Part shown: positions 13,001 through 28,150 of the stretch, in pieces
Position numbering within the stretch: the first letter of the stretch is position 1
Layout: every line of letters starts with the position of its first letter
Source of the DNA: the human T2T-CHM13v2.0 reference genome, Homo sapiens
Reading direction: 5' to 3' (one strand)
Assembly: GCF_009914755.1 (NCBI RefSeq)
Contig: NC_060948.1
DNA: 64,000 bases
Made by a program: the position numbers and the translations under genes
The notes under the pieces: model-generated
What the model saw: only the letters and a program-made list of their open reading frames with translations
Database searches by the model: none
What the model was told of the DNA's origin: nothing

Positions 13001-13982
13001 GAAAGGAATGTCATCGAATGGAATTGAATCGATTGGAATGAAATCACATAGAATGGAGTGGAATGAAATGGAATTGAATCGAAAGGAAAGGAAGCGAATG
13101 GACTGAAATGAAATGGAATGGAATTGAATGGAAATAAATGCAATGGAATAGAATGGAAAGAAATTTCACGGAATGGAATCAAACTGAATGGAATCAGATC
13201 AATGGAATGTAATCAAATGGAATGGAAAGGAATTGAATGGAGTAGATTGGATTGGATAGGATTGGAATGAAATGTACTGGAAAGGACTCGAATTTCATGA
13301 AACAGAATGGAATGAATTAGAACGGAATGGACTCGAATGGAATGGAATATCACGGAATGGCATCAAATGGAATGGCATCAATTGGAATGGAATCGAATGC
13401 AATAGAATGCTATGGAATGGAATGGAATGCATTGGAATGGAATGTCCTCTAATGGAATGGATTCGAGTGGAATGGAATCGAATATAATGGAGTCTAATGA
13501 AATGGAATTGAAAGGAATGGGATCCAATACAATGGAATATACTGGAATGTAATGTAATGAACTCGAATGTAATTGACTGGAATGGAATGTACATGAATGG
13601 AATGTAATCGAATGGAAAGTAATCCAATGGAATAGAATCTAATGCAATAAAATCGACTCAAGTAGAGTAGAATATAATGGAATGGAGTGCAGTGCAATGG
13701 AATGGAATGGAATGGAATGCAATGGAATGGAATGGAATGGAATGGAATGGAATGGGATGGAATGGTATGGAATGGATAGTAATGGACTGGAGTGAAATGG
13801 ACTGGAAAGGAATGGACTCAAATTGAAAGGGCTCGAAAGGAATGGAGTCAAATGGAATGGTCTGGAATGGAATGAACACGAATGTAATGCAATCCAATAG
13901 AATGGAATCGAATGGCATGGAATATAAAGAAATGGAATCGAAGAGAATGGAAACAAATGGAATGGAATTGAATGGAATGGAA

Positions 13983-14136
13983 TTGAATGGAATGGGAACG
14001 AATGGAGTGAAATTGTATGCAGTAGAAGAGAATAGAATGGAATGCAAGCGAAAGGAAAGGAATGGATTGGAATGGAATGGAATTCATTGGAATGGAAGGG
14101 AATGTAGTGTAATGGACAGGCCTGGAATAAAGTGGA
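13983..14136 (+). other. DYZ1 PCR sexing amplicon (Y1.2/Y1.1-type primer sites, 154 bp, spanning EcoRI and HaeIII sites)
   Basis: TTGAATGGAATGGGAACGAATGG at 13983-14005 and GGACAGGCCTGGAATAAAGTGGA at 14114-14136. Primer identity is from memory and was not database-checked. Confidence 0.75.
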
Positions 14137-17100
14137 ATGCTACGGTCTCGAATGGAATAAAAATGTATGGAATGGAATGCAATGAAACGGAATCGAATGT
14201 CATAGAATGTAATGGAATGCAAAAAAATGGAATCCAAAATCATTGACTGGAAAGGCTGGGTGTCGAAAGGAATTGACTCCAAAGGAATGGAATCGAATGG
14301 CATGGAAGTGAATAGAATGGAACTAAATCGAATGGAATGGAATTGATAGGAACGGAATGGAAAGGAATGCAATGATTTGGCATGGAATGGAATCGAATGG
14401 CATCGAATGGAATGGAATGGAATGCAATGGAATGGAATGTATTAGAATGTAATGAACTTTAATGGAATGTACTCGAATGGATTCGACTGGAATGGAATGT
14501 TCTCGAAGTGAATGGACTCCAATGGAATGGATTCGAAAGGAATGGAATCTAATGGAATGGAATTAAATGGAAATGAATCAAATTGAATAGAACGGAATTG
14601 AATTGAATGGAATCGAATGCAATGGAATCTAATGAAAAGGAAAGGAAAGGAATGGAATGGATTGGAATGGAATGGGCTGGAATGGAATGGAATCGAAACG
14701 AATGGAATGGAATCGAACTGAAGAGACTGGAATGGAATGCACTGGAATGGAAGGGAATGTAATGGAAGGTTCTCAAGAAAAATGGAATCGAAAGGAATGG
14801 AATTGAATGGAACGGAATAGAGTCGAATGGAATTCAATGGAATGGAATGGACTAGAGTGAAATGGAATCGAACCACAAGGAATGGACAGGAATAGAATGG
14901 TCTCGAATTGAATGGAATCGTATGGAATGGCATCAAACGGAATGGAATGGACAGCCACGGAATGGAATGCACTCGAATGCAATGGAGTCGACACTAACGG
15001 AGTGGAATAGAATGGACTCGACTGGTACGGACTCCAATGGAATGGAATCGAATGGAAGGGTATCGAACGGAATGGACTCGAAGGGAAAAGACTGCAATGG
15101 AAAGGTCTCGAATGGAATGGAAATTAATGGAATGGAATGGAATCGAATGAAATGGAGTCAAAAGGAATGGAATCGAATGGCAAGAAATCGAATGTAATGG
15201 AATCGCAAGGAATTGAAGTGAACGGAACGGAATGCAATGGATTCCAAAGGAATGGAATAGAATGGAATGGAATCGAATGGAAAGGACTCGAATGGAAATC
15301 ACTCGAATAGAATGCAATTTAATAAAATAGGATCAAATGTAATGGAATGGAATGGAAAGGAATCGAAACGAAAGGAATGGAGACAGATGGAATGGAATGG
15401 AACAGAGAGCAATGGTATAGAATGGAATGGAATCATCTGGAATGGAATTGAATGGAATGGAATAATATGAAATGGAATGGAATGGAATGGAATGCCCTTG
15501 AATTAAATGGACTGGAAAGGAATGGACTCGAACAGAGTGGAATGGAAAGTGTTGAAATAGAATGGAATGGACTCGTTTGGAATGGTCTAGTATGCAATGC
15601 AATCGACTGGCAGGGAATCAAAAGGAATGTAATCGAATGGATTGGACTGGAATGCAATGGACTCGAATAGATTGGAAACGGAAAGCAAAGGAATGGAATG
15701 GAATAGTATGGAATGGAATGGAAAGGAATGGAGTGGAATAGACTAGAGTGGAATGGAATGGACTGGAAAGCAATGGACTGGAATGGAACTTTCTTGAATG
15801 GACTGGAATCAAACGGAATGGAATGCAATGCAATCAAATGGCATGGAATAAAATAGAATGAAAGAGAATCAAATGGAATTGAATCGAATGGAATCGAATG
15901 GATTGGAAAGGAATAGAATGGAATGGAACGGAATTGACTCAAATGGAATGGACTAGAATGGAATGGATTCGAATGGAAGGCAAATGAATGGAATCTATTG
16001 GAATGGACTGTAATGGAATGGAATGGAAGGGATTGGAATGGACTCGAATGGAATGGACTGCAATAGAAAGGATTCGAATGGAATGAAAAAGAATTGAATG
16101 GAATAGAACAGAATGGAATCAAATCGAATGAAATGGAATGGAAGAGAAAGGAATGGAATGAAATGGAATGGAAAGGATTCGAATGGAATGCAATCGAATG
16201 GAATGGAATCGAACGGAATGGAATAAAATGGAAGAAAACTGGCAAGAAATGGAATCGAAATGAATGGAGTGTTATGGAACGGACTCAAAAGGAATTGAAT
16301 GTAATAGAATGGAGTGGAGTGGACTCGAATATAATGGACTGGAATGGAATGAAATCACATGGAATGGGAACGAATGGAATGGAATGGAAAGGAATGGAAT
16401 CGAATGGAAAGGAATCGAATGGAAGGGAATGAAATTGAATCAACAGGAATGGAAGGGAGTAGAATAGACGGTAATGGAATGGACTCGAATAGAATGGACA
16501 CGAATGCTCAAATTGAATGGACTCGAATGGAATGGAAACGAAAGGAATGTCATCGAATGGAATTGAATCGATTGGAATGAAATCGCATAGAATGGAGTGG
16601 AATCAAATGGAATTGAATCGAAAGGAAAGGAAGCGAATGGACTGAAATGAAATGGAATGGAATTGAATGGAAAGTAATGCAATGGAATAGAATGGAACGA
16701 AATTTCACGGAATGGAATCAAACTGAATGGAATCAAATCAATGGAATATAATCAAATGGAATGGAAAGGAATTGAATGGAGTAGATTGGATTGGATGGGA
16801 TTGGAATGAAATGTACTGGAAAGGACTCGAAATTCATGAAACGGAATGGAATGAACTGGAACGGAATAGACTCGAATGGAATGGAATGTCATGGAATGGC
16901 ATCAAATGGATTGGAATCGAATGCGATGGAATGCTATGGAATGGAATGGAATGCATTGGAATGGAATGTCCTCTAATGGAATGTATTCGAGTGGAATGGA
17001 ATCGAATATAATGGAGTCTAATGAAATGGAATTGAAAGGAATGGGACCGAATACAATGGAATAAACTGGAATGTAATGTAATGAACTCGAATGTAATTGA

Positions 17101-19549
17101 CTGGAATGGAATGTACATGAATGGAATGTAATCGAATGGAAAGCAATCCAACGGAATAGAATCTAATGCAATAAAATCGACTCAAATAGAGTAGAATGTA
17201 ATGGAATGGAGTGCAGTGCAATGGAATGGAATGGAATGCAACGGAATGGAATGGATTGGAATGGAATGGGATGGAATGGTATGGAATGGATAGTAATGGA
17301 CTGGAGTGAAATGGACTGGAAAAGAATGGACTCAAATTGAAAGGGCTCGAAAGGAATGGAGTCAAATGGAATGGTCTGGAATGGAATGAACACGAATGTA
17401 ATGCAATCCAATAGAATGGAATCGAATGGCATGGAATATAAAGAAATGGAATCGAAGAGAATGGAAACAAATGGAATGGAATTGAATGGAATGGAATTGA
17501 ATGGAATGGGAACGAATGGAGTGAAATTGTATGCAGTAGAAGAGAATAGAATGGAATGCAAGCGAAAGGAAAGGAATGGATTGGAATGGAATGGAATTCA
17601 TTGGAATGGAAGGGAATGTAGTGTAATGGACAGGCCTGGAATAAAGTGGAATGCTACGGTCTCGAATGGAATAAAAATGTATGGAATGGAATGCAATGAA
17701 ACGGAATCGAATGTCATAGAATGTAATGGAATGCAAAAAAATGGAATCCAAAATCATTGACTGGAAAGGCTGGGTGTCGAAAGGAATTGACTCCAATGGA
17801 ATGGAATCGAATGGAATGGAAGTGAATAGAATCGAACTAAATCGAATGGAATGGAATTGATAGGAACGGAATGGAAAGGAATGCAATGATTTGGCATGGA
17901 ATGGAATCGAAAGGCATCGAATGGAATGGAATGGAATGCAATGGAATGGAATGTATTAGAATGTAATGAACATTAATGGAAAGTACTCGAACGGATTCGA
18001 CTGGAATGGAATGTTCTGGAAGTGAATGGACTCCAATGGAATGGATTCGAAAGGAATGGAATCGAACGGAATGGAATTAAACGGAAATGAATCAAATAGA
18101 ATAGAACGGAATTGAATTGAATGGAATCGAATGCAATGGAATCTAATGAAAAGGAAAGGAATGGAATGGAATGGGCTGGAATGGAATGGAATCGAAACGA
18201 ATGGAATGGAATCGAACTGAAGAGACTGGAATGGAATGCACTGGAATGGAAGGGAATGTAATGGAAGGTTCTCGAAAAAAATGGAATCGAAAGGAATGGA
18301 ATTGAATGGAACGGAATAGAGTCGAATGGAATTCAATGGAATGGAATGGACTAGAGTGAAATGGAATCGAACCACAAGGAATGGACAGGAATAGAATGGT
18401 CTCGAATTGAATGGAATCGTATGGAATGGCATCAAACGGAATGGAATGGACGGCCACGGAATGGAATGCACTCGAATGCAATGGAGTCGAAACTAATGGA
18501 CTGGAATAGAATGGACTCGACTGGTACGGACTCCAATGGAATGGAATCGAATGGAAGGGAATCGAACGGAATGGACTCGAAGGGAAAAGACTGCAATGGA
18601 AAGGTCTCGAATGGAATGGAAATTAATGGAATGGAATGGAATCGAATGAAATGGAGTCAAAAGGAATGGAATCGAATGGCAAGAAATCGAATGTAATGGA
18701 ATCGCAAGGAATTGATGTGAACGGAACGGAATGGAATGGAATCCAAAGGAATGGAATAGAATGGAATGGAATCGAATGGAAAGGACTCGAATGGAAATCA
18801 CTCGAATAGAATGCAATTTAATAAAATAGGATCAAATGTAATGGAATGGAATGGAAAGGAATCGAAACGAAAGGAATGGAGACAGATGGAATGGAATGGA
18901 ACAGAGAGCAATGGTATAGAATGGAATGGAATCATCTGGAATGGAATTGAATGGAATGGAATAATATGAAATGGAATGGAATGGAATGGAATGCCCTTGA
19001 ATTAAATGGACTGGAATGGAATGGACTCGAACAGAGTGGAATGGAAAGTGTTGAAATAGAATGGAATGGACTCGTTTGGAATGGTCTAGTATGCAATGCA
19101 ATCGACTGGCAGGGAATCAAAAGGAATGTAATCGAATGGATTGGACTGGAATGCAATGGACTCGAATAGATTGGAAACGGAAAGCAAAGGAATGGAATGG
19201 AATAGTATGGAATGGAATGCAAAGGAATGGAGTGGAATAGACTAGAGTGGAATGGAATGGACTCGAAAGCAATGGACTGGAATGGAACTTTCTTGAATGG
19301 ACTGGAATCAAACGGAATGGAATGCAATGCAATCAAATGGCATGGAATAAAATAGAATGAAAGAGAATCAAATGGAATTGAATCGAATGGAATCGAATGG
19401 ATTGGAAAAGAATAGAATGGAATGGAATGGAATTGACTCAAATGGAATGGACTAGAATGGAATGGATTCGAATGGAAGGCAAAGGAATGGAATCTATTGG
19501 AATGGACTGTAATGGAATGGAATGGAAGGGATTGGAATGGACTCGAATG

Positions 19550-22500
19550 GAATGGACTGCAGTAGAAAGGATTCGAATGGAATGAAAAAGAATTGAATGG
19601 AATAGAACAGAATGGAATCAAATCGAATGAAATGGAATGGAATAGAAAGGAATGGAATGAAATGGAATGGAAAGGATTCGAATGGAATGCAATCGAATGG
19701 AATGAAATCGAATGGAATGGAATCGAACGGAATGGAATAAAATGGAAGAAAACTGGCAAGAAATGGAATCGAAATGAATGGAGTGTTATGGAACGGACTC
19801 AAAAGGAATTGAATGTAATAGAATGGAGTGGAGTGGACTCGAATATAATGGACTAGAATGGAATGAAATCACATGGAATGGGAACGAATGGAATGGAATG
19901 GAAAGGAATGGAATCGAATGGAAAGGAATCGAATGGAAGGGAATGAAATTGAATCAACAGGAATGGAAGGGAGTAGAATAGACGGTAATGGAATGGACTC
20001 GAATAGAATGGACACGAATGCTCAAATTGAATGGACTCGAATGGAATGGCAACGAAAGGAATGTCATCGAATGGAATTGAATCGATTGGAATGAAATCAC
20101 ATAGAATGGAGTGGAATCAAATGGAATTGAATCGAAAGGAAAGGAAGCGAATGGACTGAAATGAAATGGAATGGAATTGAATGGAAATTAATGCAATGGA
20201 ATAGAATGGAACGAAATTTCACGGAATGGAATCAAACTGAATGGAATCAAATCAATGGAATATAATCAAATGGAATGGAAAGGAATTGAATGGAGTAGAT
20301 TGGATTGGATGGGATTGGAATGAAATGTACTGGAAAGGACTCGAATTTCATGAAACGGAATGGAATGAATTAGAACGGAATGGACTCGAATGGAATGGAA
20401 TGTCATGGAATGGCATCAAATGGAATGGAATCGAATGCGATGGAATGCTATGGAATGGAATGTAATGCATTGGAATGGAATGTCCTCTAATGGAATGTAT
20501 TCGAGTGGAATGGAATCGAATATAATGGAGTCTAATGAAATGGAATTGAAAGGAATGGGACCGAATACAATGGAATATACTGGAATGTAATGTAATGAAC
20601 TCGAATGTAATTGACTGGAATGGAATGTACATGAATGGAATGTAATCGAATGGAAAGCAATCCAATGGAATAGAATCTAATGCAATAAAATCGACTCAAA
20701 TAGAGTAGAATGTAATGGAATGGAGTACAGTGCAATGGAATGGAATGGAATGGAATGCAATGGAATGGAATGGAATGGAATGGGATGGAATGGTATGGAA
20801 TGGATAGTAATGGACTGGAGTGAAATGGACTGGAAAAGAATGGACTCAAATTGAAAGGGCTCGAAAGGAATGGAGTCAAATGGAATGGTCTGGAATGGAA
20901 TGAACACGAATGTAATGCAATCCAATAGAATGGAATCGTATGGCATGGAATATAAAGAAATGGAATCGAAGAGAATGGAAACAAATGGAATGGAATTGAA
21001 TGGAATGGAATTGAATGGAATGGGAACGAATGGAGTGAAATTGTATGCAGTAGAAGAGAATAGAATGGAATGCAAGCGAAAGGAAAGGAATGGATTGGAA
21101 TGGAATGGAATTCATTGGAATGGAAGGGAATGTAGTGTAATGGACAGGCCTGGAATAAAGTGGAATGCTACGGTCTCGAATGGAATAAAAATGTATGGAA
21201 TGGAATGCAATGAAACGGAATCGAATGTCATAGAATGTAATGGAATGCAAAAAAATGGACTCCAAAATCATTGACTGGAAAGGCTGGGTGTCGAAAGGAA
21301 TTGACTCCAATGGAATGGAATCGAATGGAATGGAAGTGAATAGAATCGAACTAAATCGAATGGAATGGAATTGATAGGAACGGAATGGAAAGGAATGCAA
21401 TGATTTGTCATGGAATGGAATCGAATGGCATCGAATGGAATGGAATGGAATGCAATGGAATGGAATGTATTAGAATGTAATGAACTTTAATGGAATGTAC
21501 TCGAATGGATTCGACTGGAATGGAATGTTCTCGAAGTGAATGGACTCCAATGGAATGGATTCGAAAGGAATGGAATCTAATGGAATTGAATTAAATGGAA
21601 ATGAATCAAATTGAATAGAACGGAATTGAATTGAATGGAATCGAATGCAATGGAATCTAATGAAACGGAAAGGAAAGGAATGGAATGGATTGGAATGGAA
21701 TGGGCTGGAATGGAATGGAATCGAAACGAATGGAATGGAATCGAACTGAAGAGACTGGAATGGAATGCACTGGAATGGAAGGGAATGTAATGGAAGGTTC
21801 TCGAAAAAAATGGAATCGAAAGGAATGGAATTGAATGGAACGGAATAGAGTCGAATGGAATTGAATGGAATGGAATGGACTAGAGTGAAATGGAATCGAA
21901 CCACAAGGAATGGACAGGAATAGAATGGTCTCGAATTGAATGGAATCGTATGGAATGGCATCAAACGGAATGGAATGGACAGCCACGGAATGGAATGCAC
22001 TCGAATGCAATGGAGTCGAAACTAATGGACTGGAATAGAATGGACTCGACTGGTACGGACTCCAATGGAATGGAATCGAATGGAAGGGAATCGAACGGAA
22101 TGGACTCGAAGGGAAAAGACTGCAATGGAAAGGTCTCCAATGGAATGGAAATTAATGGAATGGAATGGAATCGAATGAAATGGAGTCAAAAGGAATGGAA
22201 TCGAATGGCAAGAAATCGAATGTAATGGAATCGCAAGGAATTGATGTGAACGGAACGGAATGGAATGGAATCCAAAGGAATGGAATAGAATGGAATGGAA
22301 TCGAATGGAAAGGACTCGAATGGAAATCACTCGAATAGAATGCAATTTAATAAAATAGGATCAAATGTAATGGAATGGAATGGAAAGGAATCGAAACGAA
22401 AGGAATGGAGACAGATGGAATGGAATGGAACAGAGAGCAATGGTATAGAATGGAATGGAATCATCTGGAATGGAATTGAATGGAATGGAATAATATGAAA

Positions 22501-25500
22501 TGGAATGGAATGGAATGGAATGCCCTTGAATTAAATGGACTGGAATGGAATGGACTCGAACAGAGTGGAATGGAAAGTGTTGAAATAGAATGGAATGGAC
22601 TCGTTTGGAATGGTCTAGTATGCAATGCAATCGACTGGCAGGGAATCAAAAGGAATGTAATCGAATGGATTGGACTGGAATGCAATGGACTCGAATAGAT
22701 TGGAAACGGAAAGCAAAGGAATGGAATGGAATAGTATGGAATGGAATGGAAAGGAATGGAGTGGAATAGACTAGAGTGGAATGGAATGGACTCGAAAGCA
22801 ATGGACTGGAATGGAACTTTCTTGAATGGACTGGAATCAAACGGAATGGAATGCAATGCAATCAAATGGCATGGAATAAAATAGAATGAAAGAGAATCAA
22901 ATGGAATTGAATCGAATGGAATCGAATGGATTGGAAAGGAATAGAATGGAATGGAATGGAATTGACTCAAATGGAATGGACTAGAATGGAATGGATTCGA
23001 ATGGAAGGCAAAGGAATGGAATCTATTGGAATGGACTCTAATGGAATGGAATGGAAGGGATTGGAATGGACTCGAATGGAATGGACTGCAGTAGAAAGGA
23101 TTCGAATGGAATGAAAAAGAATTGAATGGAATAGAACAGAATGGAATCAAATCGAATGAAATGGAATGGAATAGAAAGGAATGGAATGAAATGGAATGGA
23201 AAGGATTCGAATGGAATGCAATCGAACGGAATGAAATCGAATGGAATGGAATCGAACGGAATGGAATAAAATGGAAGAAAACTGGCAAGAAATGGAATCG
23301 AAATGAATGGAGTGTTATGGAACGGACTCAAAAGGAATTGAATGTAATAGAATGGAGTGGAGTGGACTCGAATATAATGGACTAGAATGGAATGAAATCA
23401 CATGGAATGGGAACGAATGGAATGGAATGGAAAGGAATGGAATCGAATGGAAAGGAATCGAATGGAAGGGAATGAAATTGAATCAACAGAAATGGAAGGG
23501 AGTAGAATAGACGGTAATGGAATGGACTCGAATAGAATGGACACGAATGCTCAAATTGAATGGACTCGAATGGAATGGCAACGAAAGGAGTGTCATCGAA
23601 TGGAATTGAATCGATTGGAATGAAATCACATAGAATGGAGTGGAATCAAATGGAATTGAATCGAAAGGAAAGGAAGCGAATGGACTGAAATGAAATGGAA
23701 TGGAATTGAATGGAAATTAATGCAATGGAATAGAATGGAACGAAATTTCACGGAATGGAATCAAACTGAATGGAATCAAATCAATGGAATATAATCAAAT
23801 GGAATGGAAAGGAATTGAATGGAGTAGATTGGATTGGATGGGATTGGAATGAAATGTACTGGAAAGGACTCGAATTTCATGAAACGGAATGGAATGAATT
23901 AGAACGGAATGGACTCGAATGGAATGGAATGTCATGGAATGGCATCAAATGGAATGGAATCGAATGCGATGGAATGCTATGGAATGGAATGTAATGCATT
24001 GGAATGGAATGTCCTCTAATGGAATGTATTCGAGTGGAATGGAATCGAATATAATGGAGTCTAATGAAATGGAATTGAAAGGAATGGGACCGAATACAAT
24101 GGAATATACTGGAATGTAATGTAATGAACTCGAATGTAATTGACTGGAATGGAATGTACATGAATGGAATGTAATCGAATGGAAAGCAATCCAATGGAAT
24201 AGAATCTAATGCAATAAAATCGACTCAAATAGAGTAGAATGTAATGGAATGGAGTACAGTGCAATGGAATGGAATGGAATGGAATGCAATGGAATGGAAT
24301 GGAATGGAATGGGATGGAATGGTATGGAATGGATAGTAATGGACTGGAGTGAAATGGACTGGAAAAGAATGGACTCAAATTGAAAGGGCTCGAAAGGAAT
24401 GGAGTCAAATGGAATGGTCTGGAATGGAATGAACACGAATGTAATGCAATCCAATAGAATGGAATCGAATGGCATGGAATATAAAGAAATGGAATCGAAG
24501 AGAATGGAAACAAATGGAATGGAATTGAATGGAATGGAATTGAATGGAATGGGAAGGAATGGAGTGAAATTGTATGCAGTAGAAGAGAATAGAATGGAAT
24601 GCAAGCGAAAGGAAAGGAATGGATTGGAATGGAATGGAATTCATTGGAATGGAAGGGAATGTAGTGTAATGGACAGGCCTGGAATAAAGTGGAATGCTAC
24701 GGTCTCGAATGGAATAAAAATGTATGGAATGGAATGCAATGAAACGGAATCGAATGTCATAGAATGTAATGGAATGCAAAAAAATGGACTCCAAAATCAT
24801 TGACTGGAAAGGCTGGGTGTCGAAAGGAATTGACTCCAATGGAATGGAATCGAATGGAATGGAAGTGAATAGAATCGAACTAAATCGAATGGAATGGAAT
24901 TGATAGGAACGGAATGGAAAGGAATGCAATGATTTGGCATGGAATGGAATCGAATGGCATCGAATGGAATGGAATGGAATGCAATGGAATGGAATGTATT
25001 AGAATGTAATGAACTTTAATGGAATGTACTCGAATGGATTCGACTGGAATGGAATGTTCTGGAAGTGAATGGACTCCAATGGAATGGATTCGAAAGGAAT
25101 GGAATCTAATGGAATGGAATTAAATGGAAATGAATCAAATTGAATAGAACGGAATTGAATTGAATGGAATCGAATGCAATGGAATCTAATGAAACGGAAA
25201 GGAAAGGAATGGAATGGATTGGAATGGAATGGGCTGGAATGGAATGGAATCGAAACGAATGGAATGGAATCGAACTGAAGAGACTGGAATGGAATGCACT
25301 GGAATGGAAGGGAATGTAATGGAAGGTTCTCGAAAAAAATGGAATCGAAAGGAATGGAATTGAATGGAACGGAATAGAGTCGAATGGAATTCAATGGAAT
25401 GGAATGGACTAGAGTGAAATGGAATCGAACCACAAGGAATGGACAGGAATAGAATGGTCTCGAATTGAATGGAATCGTATGGAATGGCATCAAACGGAAT

Positions 25501-28150
25501 GGAATGGACAGCCACGGAATGGAATGGACACCCACGGAATGGAATGCACTCGAATGCAATGGAGTCGACACTAATGGACTGGAATAGAATGGACTCGACT
25601 GGTACGGACTCCAATGGAATGGAATCGAATGGAAGGGAATCGAAAGGAATGGACTCGAAGGGAAAAGACTGCAATGGAAAGGTCTCGAATGGAATGGAAA
25701 TTAATGGAATGGAATGGAATCGAATGAAATGGAGTCAAAAGGAATGGAATCGAATGGCAAGAAATCGAATGTAATGGAATCGCAAGGAATTGATGTGAAC
25801 GGAACGGAATGGAATGGAATCCAAAGGAATGGAATAGAATGGAATGGAATCGAATGGAAAGGACTCGAATGGAAATCACTCGAATAGAATGCAATTTAAT
25901 AAAATAGGATCAAATGTAATGGAATGGAATGGAAAGGAATCGAAACGAAAGGAATGGAGACAGTTGGAATGGAATGGAACAGAGAGCAATGGTATAGAAT
26001 GGAATGGAATCATCTGGAATGGAATTGAATGGAATGGAATAATATGAAATGGAATGGAATGGAATGGAATGCCCTTGAATTAAATGGACTGGAATGGAAT
26101 GGACTCGAACAGAGTGGAATGGAAAGTGTTGAAATAGAATGGAATGGACTCGTTTGGAATGGTCTAGTATGCAATGCAATCGACTGGCAGGGAATCAAAA
26201 GGAATGTAATCGAATGGATTGGACTGGAATGCAATGGACTCGAATAGATTGGAAACGGAAAGCAAAGGAATGGAATGGAATAGTATGGAATGGAATGGAA
26301 AGGAATGGAGTGGACTAGACTAGAGTGGAATGGAATGGACTCGAAAGCAATGGACTGGAATGGAACTTTCTTGAATGGACTGGAATCAAACGGAATGGAA
26401 TGAAATGCAATCAAATGGCATGGAATAAAATAGAATGAAAGAGAATCAAATGGAATTGAATCGAATGGAATCGAATGGATTGGAAAGGAATAGAATGGAA
26501 TGGAATGGAATTGACTCAAATGGAATGGACTAGAATGGAATGGATTCGAATGGAAGGCAAAGGAATGGAATCTATTGGAATGGACTGTAATGGAATGGAA
26601 TGGAAGGGATTGGAATGGACTCGAATGGAATGGACTGCAGTAGAAAGGATTCGAATGGAATGAAAAAGAATTGAATGGAATAGAACAGAATGGAATCAAA
26701 TCGAATGAAATGGAATGGAATAGAAAGGAATGGAATGAAATGGAATGGAAAGGATTCGAATGGAATGCAATCGAATGGAATGAAATCGAATGGAATGGAA
26801 TCGAACGGAATGGAATAAAATGGAAGAAAACTGGCAAGAAATGGAATCGAAATGAATGGAGTGTTATGGAACGGACTCAAAAGGAATTGAATGTAATAGA
26901 ATGGAGTGGAGTGGACTCGAATATAATGGACTAGAATGGAATGAAATCACATGGAATGGGAACGAATGGAATGGAATGGAAAGGAATGGAATCGAATGGA
27001 AAGGAATCGAATGGAAGGGAATGAAATTGAATCAACAGGAATGGAAGGGAGTAGAATAGACGGTAATGGAATGGACTCGAATAGAATGGACACGAATGCT
27101 CAAATTGAATGGACTCGAATGGAATGGCAACGAAAGGAATGTCATCGAATGGAATTGAATCGATTGGAATGAAATCACATAGAATGGAGTGGAATCAAAT
27201 GGAATTGAATCGAAAGGAAAGGAAGCGAATGGACTGAAATGAAATGGAATGGAATTGAATGGAAATTAATGCAATGGAATAGAATGGAACGAAATTTCAC
27301 GGAATGGAATCAAACTGAATGGAATCAAATCAATGGAATATAATCAAATGGAATGGAAAGGAATTGAATGGAGTAGATTGGATTGGATGGGATTGGAATG
27401 AAATGTACTGGAAAGGACTCGAATTTCATGAAACGGAATGGAATGAATTAGAACGGAATGGACTCTAATGGAATGGAATGTCATGGAATGGCATCAAATG
27501 GAATGGAATCGAATGCGATGGAATGCTATGGAATGGAATGTAATGCATTGGAATGGAATGTCCTCTAATGGAATGTATTCGAGTGGAATGGAATCGAATA
27601 TAATGGAGTCTAATGAAATGGAATTGAAAGGAATGGGACCGAATACAATGGAATATACTGGAATGTAATGTAATGAACTCGAATGTAATTGACTGGAATG
27701 GAATGTACATGAATGGAATGTAATCGAATGGAAAGCAATCCAATGGAATAGAATCTAATGCAATAAAATCGACTCAAATAGAGTAGAATGTAATGGAATG
27801 GAGTACAGTGCAATGGAATGGAATGGAATGGAATGCAATGGAATGGAATGGAATGGAATGGGATGGAATGGTATGGAATGGATAGTAATGGACTGGAGTG
27901 AAATGGACTGGAAAAGAATGGACTCAAATTGAAAGGGCTCGAAAGGAATGGAGTCAAATGGAATGGTCTGGAATGGAATGAACACGAATGTAATGCAATC
28001 CAATAGAATGGAATCGAATGGCATGGAATATAAAGAAATGGAATCGAAGAGAATGGAAACAAATGGAATGGAATTGAATGGAATGGAATTGAATGGAATG
28101 GGAACGAATGGAGTGAAATTGTATGCAGTAGAAGAGAATAGAATGGAATG
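19550..28150 (+). repeat. Block of about three closely related adjacent units
   Basis: Shared variants: GACTAGAATGG (19851, 23380, 26929), TGGCAACGAAAGG (20047, 23577, 27125), TGTAATGCATT (~20461, 23990, 27540), GGAGTACAGT (20722, 24251, 27800). Boundaries are approximate. Confidence 0.75.
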
